IMG/VR virus record: IMGVR_UViG_3300028883_000046 | Location: 1-64,000 of that record | DNA from: a virus | DNA length: 64,000 nucleotides | Direction: 5' to 3' (one strand) | Shown: one piece after another, positions 20,034-29,815 of the stretch | Numbering within the stretch: the stretch's first letter is position 1 | Layout: each line of letters starts with the position of its first letter | Made by a program: the position numbers and the translations under genes | Notes under the pieces: model-generated | Databases searched by the model: none | Seen by the model: the letters and a program-made list of their open reading frames with translations, nothing else | Told to the model about the DNA's origin: nothing

Positions 20034-20658
20034 TCTACTTGATATTGGTGGCGAGACTGAGTTTCCTTTCCTCATGGATTGGAGCACCAACCCGATAAAC
20101 AAGTTTCAGATAACCAGAAACTTGTTTGAATATAGAGGCACAGCCTCAAAGATTGAACAGCAAAATCCAGAGACGCCTATAAATGTAGAAGCAGATTTTT
20201 ACTTCGAAAATAAAGAAGCGGAATATACCTTTCTTGATTTTATTCACGGCAGGATTGGCAAGACAAAACGTTTTTGGCTACGCCACCCAAAACAAATGTT
20301 CCGTTTGACCGAGGGAGTATCAAATGGATCGGTAGTAATGAGGTGCGAACCAAATAACTTTGATTTGTTTCATGTAGGACATGAAAGAATTTATATTGAA
20401 ATGAATACTGGCGATACACTCACAAGGCATGTAGAGAACGCTACCTATGACAGTGTAAACGAAGAGTTGAATTTAGAGATTGCCAGTGCAATTGATAGAA
20501 GTATTGATCTAACAAATTACTATATTATTGGAAGATATTATTTGATGCGTTTTGACGTTGATGCATTTCGGTTAAAGATTATTAGTAATACAAAGAGCCA
20601 AATCAGTCTCCGCTTTGTAGAAGTTATCCGAGACTATGACGCATTAGCGGCCGATTAA
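20026..20658 (+). CDS. Distal tail/minor tail protein
   Basis: F...R.G....FW motif; overlaps the preceding gene. Confidence 0.6.
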   Translation: MDSLLDIGGETEFPFLMDWSTNPINKFQITRNLFEYRGTASKIEQQNPETPINVEADFYFENKEAEYTFLDFIHGRIGKTKRFWLRHPKQMFRLTEGVSNGSVVMRCEPNNFDLFHVGHERIYIEMNTGDTLTRHVENATYDSVNEELNLEIASAIDRSIDLTNYYIIGRYYLMRFDVDAFRLKIISNTKSQISLRFVEVIRDYDALAAD

Positions 20659-20679
20659 GATTAATAAGAGGATAGAAAA

Positions 20680-21492
20680 ATGACGGAATTCGACGACAAC
20701 TTAGAAGGCATAGAAGTAGAACCTGTTCCTGAATTCTACGTTCTTACAACAGGAAGTACTGTAGAAAGATACACTTCCTACTCAAGATCTTTAACCTTTC
20801 TTGGTAACTACTATGCGGCCGCTTCCATAACAAGGGGCAACTTAAAACAGGATAACAACTTTGGCATAACTACTTTGACAGTGACAAGTCCGATAACTCC
20901 CTCGATTGCGAAGTATGTTCCTAATCAACCAATTGAGCCTGTCAATATAGTAGTATATCGAAGCCATATTGATAATCTGGATCAGTATGAGATTTTTTTC
21001 AAGGGAGAAATCAAATACGTTCAATTGCGCGGTCGGCTTGCATCCGCGCAATGCGAAGCAAAGAATAAATATATGTTAACAAAGATTCCTAACGTCATAT
21101 ATCAATCCGGTTGCAACCATGATATATACGACGATGGGTGTCAAGTAGATCCATTTCTATGGAGAAGAAGCGCTACCATCACTGGCATATCAGGGTCGAG
21201 CCTAACTTTTTCTTTTACTGACGGGTTATCCGCTGTGGCGGTAGAGTACTTCACGGGCGGTAGAATAAACTTTCAAAATGACGTTAGATTGATTACCGGC
21301 AATTCAGTTTTAAATACTTTAGATCTTCATATTCCTTTTGATTCAAGATTGTCGGTTGGCTCTTCTGTTTATTTATATCCTGGTTGTGACGGAAATCCCG
21401 CAACATGCAATGGGAAGTATAACAACCTAATACACTTCCTTGGGATGCCATATATACCTTCAACCAACCCAGTTATATGGGGGTTTAAATAA
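20680..21492 (+). CDS. Tail hub protein (BR0599/DUF2163-like)
   Basis: YQSGCNHDIYD..C and PGCDG...TC..KYNN...F.G.PYIP Cys motifs. Confidence 0.85.
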   Translation: MTEFDDNLEGIEVEPVPEFYVLTTGSTVERYTSYSRSLTFLGNYYAAASITRGNLKQDNNFGITTLTVTSPITPSIAKYVPNQPIEPVNIVVYRSHIDNLDQYEIFFKGEIKYVQLRGRLASAQCEAKNKYMLTKIPNVIYQSGCNHDIYDDGCQVDPFLWRRSATITGISGSSLTFSFTDGLSAVAVEYFTGGRINFQNDVRLITGNSVLNTLDLHIPFDSRLSVGSSVYLYPGCDGNPATCNGKYNNLIHFLGMPYIPSTNPVIWGFK

Positions 21493-22007
21493 TGTTGATT
21501 CCTTTTTTTCATGAAGAAGAGAGATGGCAAGCCTTTAGTAAAGAAGTACAGTCTTGGGAGGGCACGCCATATCGTCACCAAACGATGATAAAAGGGCGTG
21601 GCGCAGATTGCACGATGTTTATCGGAGCTGTTTGGTTGAGTATGGGAATACTTACGGAAGTCAAATCTGATTACTATGCAAAAGATTGGCACTTGCATAA
21701 CAAAGAAGAGTTTGTCCTCGATCAATTTCACGAGCATTGGAACAAATTTGCCGGTGAAGGATTGAAAATAATAAAAGTAAACTCAAGGGAGATAGATACT
21801 TTTTATCGAGGCGACGTTCTTTGCTTCTCTTGCACACCTACAGGTATAACAAATCATGCCACCATTTGGTTCGGATATTTTGAGAAGACAAAAGAGAAAA
21901 ATCAAATGTATAACTCGATAAACGGGCATGGCGTTTGTCGTCTAACGTATGGAAGTTTTTGGCAAAAGAGATTGACCACAATTTTTAGAGTAGTATTGGA
22001 GGCATAG
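21492..22007 (+). CDS. NlpC/P60 tail-associated peptidase
   Basis: W.GTPY.HQ...G.GADC, GDVL.F, H motifs. Confidence 0.88.
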   Translation: MLIPFFHEEERWQAFSKEVQSWEGTPYRHQTMIKGRGADCTMFIGAVWLSMGILTEVKSDYYAKDWHLHNKEEFVLDQFHEHWNKFAGEGLKIIKVNSREIDTFYRGDVLCFSCTPTGITNHATIWFGYFEKTKEKNQMYNSINGHGVCRLTYGSFWQKRLTTIFRVVLEA

Positions 22008-22008
22008 G

Positions 22009-24948
22009 ATGGCTGTATATCTACTCGTTATTGCGTTGGTAGTACTTGCAGCCGGTTTGTATATGGCTTCAATGAACCAACCAGATCAAAATCAGCAGGA
22101 CATGGCTCCGAACGGGATTGACTCTTTCAAGGCAACGACAAACCAGGAAGGAGCAGTAGTTCCCGTTATGATAGGTGAAGGAAGACTTTCTGCCAATTTA
22201 CTTTGGTTTGGAAATCTTGTAACAGAAGAAATTGTAGAAGAGATGGAAACGGGAGGCAAGGGCGGAGGAGGTGGCGGAAATGAGGACGTAGTAACAGGCT
22301 ATAGATATTATATGGATGTTTGGGAAGCAATTTGTGTTGGGCCAGATGTAGAAATAGTCCAAGTTTTCCAAAACGACAAACCAATAAATCTTATTGGAAC
22401 CTTAAACCCTGGAGATACTCTTTACTTCCCAACCGAGGCTGGTCAATACTCTGCGCCTTTAAATCCTGTAGCGCATGTTTTTATGAGCCGTCAATGGATA
22501 GGAGATAATGTAAGCTCCGTTCCAACTTATCACTGGGCAGTAAAGAAAACAAGCAATGCGCCTTTAAATCATGCGAACCTAACGAATGGTACAAACCCTG
22601 CGGCCGCAATATATGACATTTTGATAATGTCTGGAACCAAGGCTTCTTCTTTTGTTTTAAGTTCTTTCCAGGATGCCGCGGACTACTGGTACGATAAGGG
22701 CTATGGAATAAATCTTGCTTTGAACAAACAAGAAGAAACAAGGAATATTATAAAAAGAATTTTTACCTATGTTGATGGAAATTTGAGAGTAGATAACCAG
22801 GACAGATTTGAATTGGTCGCCTGGAAAGATACGGATACCTATCAATATGAAATTGACGAAGAAGACCTAAAAGATTTTAATTTTAGGAGAAGAAGTTGGT
22901 ATGACGTATATACCGACTTTAGAGCCAATTTTATTTACAAACAAAAGAATTACACCCAAAGAACTTTACGGGTAAGAAATACTGCCGTTAAAGATATCAT
23001 TGGGCAAGACAAACAAATTACTATTGACCTAACCGCTTTCAACGATATAACTGCCGCCTCGAAAAGACTTTGGGAGTTAATGAAACAACTATCCTATCCA
23101 GAAGCGGAAGCCTCTGCCAAGGTTAGTTTAAAATATTCAAAAGTAAAAGTTGGTGACGTTGTTAGAGTAAGTTACTCTCCATATGAAATAACAAACATGG
23201 ATTTTAGAGTAATAGGGATTGACGTAGCAAAAGCAGATAGTAATGAAATCTCTTGGAACATGCGCCAATTGACTACTACTCTATTTGATACGAATTTTGG
23301 ATTGGGCGGTGAGCCGCAATGGGTCGAACCCGACTACTCACCACAAGAGCCTTTGGACGTAGAGTTTTTCGAGCTTCCATATACTTCCAGAATTGAATAT
23401 GACTACACAGCTAAATTTAGAGTTTCCTATTTGGTACTTGTAGCAAGAGCAGGAAACGAAACGGGCTTTCAAGTTCATACTTCCGGAAGCGGAAGTAATT
23501 ACTCAAGAGCCCAAACCATGTCAACGTTCTCTCAGGTAGGAACGCTTGACGAAGATTATCCGGCAGACACTTACAGTATTGACGACGAAACTGGAATTCT
23601 TTACACTCCCGAAAGAGAGGACCCGAAGTTTGGGAGTCTTTTCAGAAATGAACTTTTTACAAAGTTAAGATTTGCAATTATAGACGAAGAGATTCTTGCC
23701 TTTCAAACTGTAGATTACGAGGGAGAAGAAAGTATCAGGCTAACGGGAGTAATTCGCGGCATACTAAATACACCCATAGAAACACATACCGCAGGATCGA
23801 AGATATGGATAACAAGTTTCAGAAATAATATTTTAAGTGAGACCGAATATCACGAGTTTAATGCCAAGGTAGTAACCACTTTTGGAGGCGAAGTATTTGA
23901 TATATCCGAAGTATCGCCAATTACTGTTACAGAAACGCAGAAAGCCGCGCAACCTTGGACGCCTTGGAATGCTTATGCAGAAAGAGACGGCGTAACCATT
24001 AACGTTACCGTGGCGCACACCACAAAGGCTACAGATGGCGCTGGTGTACTTCCCGCAGAATCGCAAAAAACAGTAGAAAAGCAATTAGCCGAAGGGTTTG
24101 TCCTTTGGTGGACAAGTGTTGACTCTACCGTAAATGAAGAGAGATATGGGAAGTTCGACTATATCAACGGCTCGGCCGGAAATCATACTCTTTACATAGC
24201 TCAAATAAACAGCCTTGGATTCCAAACGGACACAATAGAGATAGTTGTTGGTCCTGACGATGGCGACTATTTCTGCGACGATCACTTGACCGAAAATTAT
24301 TCTTTCGAAAAAATTCAATATGGTTCGCAAAACTGGATCGATATTATGAACAGGAACGCAACCAGATTGAATGACGAAGTTTTGAAAATTTCAGGATTGA
24401 TTGACGTTGATTTGTCCGGTATAGCTGATACAAATGCAATAGCCTGGAATAGTACTTCCGAGAAATACGAGCCGGTCGACTGGTTAACAACGTTCCCGAC
24501 TTCTACTACTACCAGCACTACCAGCACAACCAACACGCAGTCAACCACAACCAACACACAGTCTACCACAACGTCAAGTACTTCGACCACAACGTCAAGT
24601 TCCAGCACAACCAACACGCAATCGACCACAACGTCAAGTACTTCGACAACGACCGAGTCGCAAACGTCAACCTCGACTGTTACCAACACGGGGACAACGA
24701 CAACCAACACGCAATCGACAACGAGTAGTAGTTCAACGACAACGACTCAAACCAGCTCTACCAGTACGACTTCTACCAGCACGACAACAACCAACACGGT
24801 AACAGAAAGTACTTCTACCTCGACCACAAGTACCAGCTCTTCCAGCACGACAACAACAACGACGCCTCCTGGCGCGGGCGGAGCCTATGAGGGCGAAGAC
24901 GTTATGAGTGATGCATTTTATATTGATGGGATTATGATCCCAGCCTAA
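22009..24948 (+). CDS. Tail tip/central fibre protein with C-terminal mucin-like Thr/Ser tract
   Basis: VPV..G...L..N.LW.G, GGKGG, NPA..IY motifs of tail-tip proteins; 122-aa T/S tract. Confidence 0.85.
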   Translation: MAVYLLVIALVVLAAGLYMASMNQPDQNQQDMAPNGIDSFKATTNQEGAVVPVMIGEGRLSANLLWFGNLVTEEIVEEMETGGKGGGGGGNEDVVTGYRYYMDVWEAICVGPDVEIVQVFQNDKPINLIGTLNPGDTLYFPTEAGQYSAPLNPVAHVFMSRQWIGDNVSSVPTYHWAVKKTSNAPLNHANLTNGTNPAAAIYDILIMSGTKASSFVLSSFQDAADYWYDKGYGINLALNKQEETRNIIKRIFTYVDGNLRVDNQDRFELVAWKDTDTYQYEIDEEDLKDFNFRRRSWYDVYTDFRANFIYKQKNYTQRTLRVRNTAVKDIIGQDKQITIDLTAFNDITAASKRLWELMKQLSYPEAEASAKVSLKYSKVKVGDVVRVSYSPYEITNMDFRVIGIDVAKADSNEISWNMRQLTTTLFDTNFGLGGEPQWVEPDYSPQEPLDVEFFELPYTSRIEYDYTAKFRVSYLVLVARAGNETGFQVHTSGSGSNYSRAQTMSTFSQVGTLDEDYPADTYSIDDETGILYTPEREDPKFGSLFRNELFTKLRFAIIDEEILAFQTVDYEGEESIRLTGVIRGILNTPIETHTAGSKIWITSFRNNILSETEYHEFNAKVVTTFGGEVFDISEVSPITVTETQKAAQPWTPWNAYAERDGVTINVTVAHTTKATDGAGVLPAESQKTVEKQLAEGFVLWWTSVDSTVNEERYGKFDYINGSAGNHTLYIAQINSLGFQTDTIEIVVGPDDGDYFCDDHLTENYSFEKIQYGSQNWIDIMNRNATRLNDEVLKISGLIDVDLSGIADTNAIAWNSTSEKYEPVDWLTTFPTSTTTSTTSTTNTQSTTTNTQSTTTSSTSTTTSSSSTTNTQSTTTSSTSTTTESQTSTSTVTNTGTTTTNTQSTTSSSSTTTTQTSSTSTTSTSTTTTNTVTESTSTSTTSTSSSSTTTTTTPPGAGGAYEGEDVMSDAFYIDGIMIPA
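24499..24864 (+). repeat. Low-complexity Thr/Ser coding tract with imperfect internal repeats (STTTNTQ, STTTSSTS)
   Basis: Repeated units such as ACAACCAACACGCA and ACGTCAAGTACTTCGAC; all four Thr codons used. Confidence 0.9.
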
Positions 24949-24974
24949 TTAGTACAATAAAAGGAGAAGAGAAA

Positions 24975-26243
24975 ATGACGTTTAAAAGACTTGTTGCCTA
25001 CAATGCTTCAAACACCGCCGACTTCTGCGAACAAATGAAGGATCTCATGGTTGCCGCTGGTTGGACTCTTCATGATGATTTGTCTTCTGCTACACCACCA
25101 AGATATATTATGAAGACAAATGGTGAAGCACCCGAAACAAAGTGTCCTTGCTATCTTGAAATAAAATGGGACGCAAGTTATGCCGATAAAATTTCCATGT
25201 TGATGTACCTCTATTGGAATAACTCTACTCATTCGGGAGTAGTACAAATTGGATCTGAAACTGGCAACTATATGTATTCGGACGACGATGCTTCCTTTTA
25301 TGGGTGGATTTATACAAGTAAAGATTTTGTAATCATCATAACAAAAATTGGCGCTACCTACTATGGAGGTTGGTGCTCACGTTTCCAGCCTGGATATCAA
25401 TTTATTGGTTTTCTACAGTCAAGCGCTTCTGCGGGATCGAGTGTTACACTTCAACTTGGAAAAGGACAAACACGCGGAGCAGTAGTTGGCGCGAAGTGTA
25501 TGGTGGTATGTTACGATGGCACAGTTGGGAGAGATCACGATTGCGAAATTACTGCCGTTGACGATGATAACAACCAAATAACGGTTGACGCTTTAACCTA
25601 TACTTTCCCTGCGGGATCCTCGGTTGGATTTGTTCCCTATCCTTGGTTGTTATCCAGATTTTCGAATAGTGCTTCTCAATACAGCCTTTGGGGTGCTTCT
25701 GGAACGAGCGCATACACTACCGGTGGAAATGCTCTTCAAACTTTGACCTATCAATATGTTGATCCAGAAGAGTTAACCGGAATGTATATGCTTCTTCCTT
25801 ATTGTTTGCTTCGCTCCGGTGCTGGGTATGCCGGATTTATAGATAGATGGTTGCTCGGCGATGCTTTTACAACAAGCTCTTATGAAGACACAGTAGGAGT
25901 GGGAGTAATTCAGGGAGACACGGTAGCAACTGGTGGTGGAAGTAATACTCTTGCCGATACAAATCAATCTTGGGAAGTTGATGCTCTCATTGATTATGCC
26001 GTGATTATCATATCAGGCACTGGTGCTGGTCAAATTAGGACGATTTCTGATAACACGGCAATAGGATTGACGGTTGACGATAATTGGAGCGTACAGCCAG
26101 ACAGTACTTCCCATTATATTATTTGTAGCGAAGCCTATAGACACTTTGGCTTCAACTCTACTTCCTATTCGAAAAGTATATTTGAAGGCGGGCATTATAC
26201 CCCCGCATTGTGTTATGAAATTACGACAACCACTACCGTTTAG
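24975..26243 (+). CDS. Tail fibre/virion protein with short poly-Thr tail
   Basis: AAGWT N-terminus, GTGAGQIRTI..NT motif; ends YEITTTTTV. Confidence 0.7.
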   Translation: MTFKRLVAYNASNTADFCEQMKDLMVAAGWTLHDDLSSATPPRYIMKTNGEAPETKCPCYLEIKWDASYADKISMLMYLYWNNSTHSGVVQIGSETGNYMYSDDDASFYGWIYTSKDFVIIITKIGATYYGGWCSRFQPGYQFIGFLQSSASAGSSVTLQLGKGQTRGAVVGAKCMVVCYDGTVGRDHDCEITAVDDDNNQITVDALTYTFPAGSSVGFVPYPWLLSRFSNSASQYSLWGASGTSAYTTGGNALQTLTYQYVDPEELTGMYMLLPYCLLRSGAGYAGFIDRWLLGDAFTTSSYEDTVGVGVIQGDTVATGGGSNTLADTNQSWEVDALIDYAVIIISGTGAGQIRTISDNTAIGLTVDDNWSVQPDSTSHYIICSEAYRHFGFNSTSYSKSIFEGGHYTPALCYEITTTTTV

Positions 26244-26254
26244 GAGAAGAAGTA

Positions 26255-27055
26255 ATGACGCATTATAACGCTATGCTATTATCCCTTGAAAGCCCTGCGA
26301 GTCGCGCTTTTGCGAATGCTTCTTTAACGCCTTTGCCTGACAATTTCGGGATTGAATATTTGTTAAGGACGCAAACTTCGCACAATATCAATTATATGTT
26401 TAATGACTTCTCAGCCGCACCAATAGGCAATAAAATTTTGGTACAGGGATATCAAGACTCGCAGTATCCAGGGCTGGTAGTAAATCATCCGTCGGTAATT
26501 CACACAAGGTCAAAGTATCAATACGAGGCAGTGGTACCAAATACTGATTATTGCGGCGTAAGAAATGAAAATTCAAACAGTGTGGCGGCTTATACTTATA
26601 ATCTGACGGGTACAACTTATTACTATTCCGGAATTGACGGGTGGGATCCGGGTGTAGATCTCACGATTTGCCGCGTCCATGCGGCAATGTTGAGATACGG
26701 AAGCTTTGATGGATTAGGTAGATCGGTGTACTTTACTATATGGTCAAAGGATGGTAATGATCTGGATGAAGTATTGTACGAAACTTCTTTTCCTATGACT
26801 GACGAAGTATCAAATAGCGGAGTGAAATTTTACCCGTTTTATATTACTCCCAATTATACTCTTTTAAACGGCACAACCTACGCCTTTACACTTTCGACAA
26901 AGGCGGTTGATAGTAGTCATTATATAAAAACTTATAGAGGTGGTGTAAGTAGCGGCTTATTTGGTATAACGGCCGCTTGGAATAGTAGTAAGGTAAGAAC
27001 TGCCACAAATACTTTTAGACCAAGTTTCATCTTTTATACAAGGACTGGATCATGA
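26255..27055 (+). CDS. Putative tail fibre/receptor-binding protein
   Basis: Beta-rich Tyr/Thr/Ser composition; position in the fibre block. Confidence 0.5.
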   Translation: MTHYNAMLLSLESPASRAFANASLTPLPDNFGIEYLLRTQTSHNINYMFNDFSAAPIGNKILVQGYQDSQYPGLVVNHPSVIHTRSKYQYEAVVPNTDYCGVRNENSNSVAAYTYNLTGTTYYYSGIDGWDPGVDLTICRVHAAMLRYGSFDGLGRSVYFTIWSKDGNDLDEVLYETSFPMTDEVSNSGVKFYPFYITPNYTLLNGTTYAFTLSTKAVDSSHYIKTYRGGVSSGLFGITAAWNSSKVRTATNTFRPSFIFYTRTGS

Positions 27056-27258
27056 CTATTTTATCTACCGGTTTAGAAACTTTTGATTATAGCGCGCCAG
27101 GCTGGAATCACATTTACAATAGGAACATGGAATTGCTTGACGCAGAACTTTTAAAACTAAATGCTTTACATGACGTTGATACCTCTGCATTGGCAGATGG
27201 TGCCGTCCTTTTATATAACTCTACAACCGCAACCTGGGAAGTAAAGGTGAATTCATGA
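27052..27258 (+). CDS. Small fibre-module protein, paralog 1
   Basis: W..IYNRN..LL...LL.L..L.DVD......G.VL.YNS....W. Confidence 0.75.
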   Translation: MTILSTGLETFDYSAPGWNHIYNRNMELLDAELLKLNALHDVDTSALADGAVLLYNSTTATWEVKVNS

Positions 27259-27467
27259 GCAGTACTTTAAACCCTTCTGGGCTAATAATAAACAGTTATG
27301 GCGAGGATTGGGCGATACACCAAAACTCAAATATTACTTCTTTAAATGGAACTCTTCTAACGTTATCCGGCTTAGGCGACGTTGAAACTACAGCTTTGAC
27401 TACCGACGATGCGCTCCAGTATGATTCTGCCGGAGAAAGATTTATAAACGTAAATACTGCCTCTTGA
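27255..27467 (+). CDS. Small fibre-module protein, paralog 2
   Basis: YG.DW....N.N...LN..LL.LSGL.DVE......D.L.YDS. Confidence 0.75.
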   Translation: MSSTLNPSGLIINSYGEDWAIHQNSNITSLNGTLLTLSGLGDVETTALTTDDALQYDSAGERFINVNTAS

Positions 27468-27482
27468 TATTTCTAACAACAG

Positions 27483-27749
27483 GTGAACGAAATGACAGAT
27501 CAAATCATCAAAGAAGCAACCGGGTTAATGAAAATCATAAACGACCCTATATTAATTGTTTTAACGGTCGTAATTTTTGCTCTTTTAGTTTTTATTTACT
27601 ATATGGCGCGGCAAGCCGATGGGAAAGAAAAAAGATATTTTGATTATACAAAGATCTTGAACGAAGAGATCCACGCCAATAGTCAAACACTCGTTAAACT
27701 TACCACATTGATCGAAGTACTTGTCCACGGCAGAGGAAAGAACTCGTAA
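27483..27749 (+). CDS. Single-TM membrane protein, holin-like
   Basis: One hydrophobic helix then coiled-coil; at the start of the lysis block. Confidence 0.5.
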   Translation: MNEMTDQIIKEATGLMKIINDPILIVLTVVIFALLVFIYYMARQADGKEKRYFDYTKILNEEIHANSQTLVKLTTLIEVLVHGRGKNS

Positions 27750-27793
27750 CCTTAGGATTGATAGTAATGCAATAAAGAACGGGTTAAATTAAA

Positions 27794-28024
27794 ATGAGAA
27801 AAATTATGAACTTTCTAAAAAGAAAAGTCTCTGTTAAATCTCTTGGTAGAGAAGAGAAGACGGAAATTATGTTGAGTACTGCCCAGGAAGAGGCAAAAAA
27901 GGCAAGAAAAATTGCAGAAGAAAAAATAGACAATATCTATGCCCAACTAAACGGTTGTGGTGATAGATGGTTTCTAATGCCAAAAAAGACGATTGATAGT
28001 TGTAAAGAGGAGGAAAATAATTAA
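27794..28024 (+). CDS. Hypothetical protein
   Basis: 76-aa ORF coupled (TAATG) to the next gene. Confidence 0.6.
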   Translation: MRKIMNFLKRKVSVKSLGREEKTEIMLSTAQEEAKKARKIAEEKIDNIYAQLNGCGDRWFLMPKKTIDSCKEEENN

Positions 28025-28821
28025 TGGACGCTCTAATGTTCTTTAATCTTTCAACCGCTGTAATCTCATTTTTCGGTTTTATGATTTTTGTTCAATGGTG
28101 GGTCACAACGAGAAAGGCGACGATAGTATATATCTATATCCTTTTACTTATCTTTGCCATAGGTGTGGAAAATCTTATAGAGTTTTACTTCCGGTATAAC
28201 CATTATGATGCCATACAACAACTTGCCTCGGCAGGTTGCTCGGTATGCGCTCATCTTTTTGATAAATATTGGATGTTTAAGGGATTGCTTGTGTTTGTTG
28301 TTATTAGCATATTCATGCTTCATATGATCCAAAGAATTTACCATACGATGTTTAAAATAAAAAAAATACAAAGCGAGGTAGAAAAGTATTACAACCCAAA
28401 TGCCTCGTTTTTTGTTTTGATAGTAGAAGACGATCTTTTAATACCTGCTATCCTTGGCGAATACATTTCAAAGAAATCTAAGGGCGCAAGTGTTGTTGTT
28501 AGATCCTCAGCCGAAGAAGCACTCGAATACCTTGGAAAAGATCCTTCAATAAATATGATTCTATGCGATATAGCGCTGAAAGGCAAAATGACCGGCTTTG
28601 ATTTAATTAGAACAGTAAAGAAAAGCTATCCTTGGATAATCAATATCTGTATGACAGGCTATCCTGGAAGATATAGTCTTCACGATGCAAGAAAAGAGGG
28701 CTTCGATGATTACTTCATTAAACCGTTTAGGCTTGACGATATTGCCAAATCGATGAATTATCACAGGCAGAAAATGGTAAGATGGGGTAATATTACAAAT
28801 AGAGCGGATCGAGTAGTATAA
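28024..28821 (+). CDS. Membrane protein with C-terminal response-regulator receiver domain
   Basis: Three hydrophobic segments, then VLIVEDD, ILCDI (phospho-Asp), TGFDLI, MTG, G.DDYFIKPF. Confidence 0.88.
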   Translation: MDALMFFNLSTAVISFFGFMIFVQWWVTTRKATIVYIYILLLIFAIGVENLIEFYFRYNHYDAIQQLASAGCSVCAHLFDKYWMFKGLLVFVVISIFMLHMIQRIYHTMFKIKKIQSEVEKYYNPNASFFVLIVEDDLLIPAILGEYISKKSKGASVVVRSSAEEALEYLGKDPSINMILCDIALKGKMTGFDLIRTVKKSYPWIINICMTGYPGRYSLHDARKEGFDDYFIKPFRLDDIAKSMNYHRQKMVRWGNITNRADRVV

Positions 28822-28840
28822 AAAAGAAAGGAGAAGTAAA

Positions 28841-29242
28841 ATGGAATACGGTGAGATTATTCAAAGATTTTTTATCGAAGTGGTATTTCCAATTCTTGGC
28901 GCGGTCGTTCTATCTCTTATTGGCCTGGTTATCAAAAAGATATCCGCGAAACTCGGCAATGAAGAGATCTTGAAACATCAGACCCAGATTGAAGAGCTGG
29001 CAATATCTGCAATTGGATATGCAGAAGAAAAAGCTCTTGAGCGCATGAAAAAAGGACCTCAAGATAAAATCACAGGTGAACAAAAGCTTGATATGGCTAT
29101 TGGCTGGCTTATGTCCAAAGCAAAGGCGGTCGATAGAGATCAAGCAAGAGAATGGATAGAGGGCACCATACCCAAGCTTGCTGGTATGGGAGCTACTGGC
29201 GAGAAGACAATAAAAAAGATAGAGGAGGATTGCGATGTTTAA
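28841..29242 (+). CDS. Holin-like protein (LL-H-like)
   Basis: N-terminal TM; AIGYAEE...GEQKL..A...IE motif. Confidence 0.65.
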   Translation: MEYGEIIQRFFIEVVFPILGAVVLSLIGLVIKKISAKLGNEEILKHQTQIEELAISAIGYAEEKALERMKKGPQDKITGEQKLDMAIGWLMSKAKAVDRDQAREWIEGTIPKLAGMGATGEKTIKKIEEDCDV

Positions 29243-29606
29243 GACAAGGAAGAGTATTTTTTTGATTTGTTTGGTGGTTATGTTTTTTCTTTCCGCATGT
29301 TCTACAATGCAGACAATTCAAACACCGAAAGAGAAAGCCATCTGGATGTTTTCTATTTACAATGCCCAGTATAGCGACTACCAAACGCTAACCGGCCATG
29401 TATTCGACACCGAAAAAAATGATTGGGTCAAAGTCTCTTCGCCTGATTTGTCCGAGGATCAAAAAAAGATCTTGAACGAAAAGAAGAAAGTATTGACCGA
29501 GGTTTACCCGCTTATTCTTTTGTATGATTCTTATGTATCGACAAATACCGTTCCAAGCGAGGAGGTGGAACAGAAAATCATCGGCTTATTGAACAGTATT
29601 AAATAA
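29235..29606 (+). CDS. Lipoprotein (spanin candidate)
   Basis: Signal peptide with LSAC lipobox; overlaps the holin-like gene. Confidence 0.7.
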   Translation: MFKTRKSIFLICLVVMFFLSACSTMQTIQTPKEKAIWMFSIYNAQYSDYQTLTGHVFDTEKNDWVKVSSPDLSEDQKKILNEKKKVLTEVYPLILLYDSYVSTNTVPSEEVEQKIIGLLNSIK

Positions 29607-29639
29607 GAGATTAAAACAGTATAATGAAGGGAGAAGTAA

Positions 29640-29804
29640 ATGGACACAAGTCAAGTTTTGGTTGAGTTGGCAAAGGTTGCGGTGAATTCTTTTTTCACCT
29701 ACATGAAATTGGCAAACAAAACACAGGAGGAAATTGAAGAGATTTTTAAGGCAGAGGAAAGGAAGTTTCTTTTAAACGATCCAAGCAAACTCGAAGACGT
29801 ATAG
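29640..29804 (+). CDS. 54-aa hypothetical protein (not in ORF track)
   Basis: GGGAG RBS; MDTSQVLVELAKVAVNSFF...DPSKLEDV. Confidence 0.65.
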   Translation: MDTSQVLVELAKVAVNSFFTYMKLANKTQEEIEEIFKAEERKFLLNDPSKLEDV

Positions 29805-29815
29805 GAGGTTTTGAA

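Noticed and set aside
24315-24710. Poly-Val ORF on -
   Set aside because: Antisense of the Thr tract.
24499-24864. Repeats as a CRISPR array or DGR template
   Set aside because: No constant repeat with unique spacers, no cas or reverse transcriptase gene; the repeats are in-frame coding.
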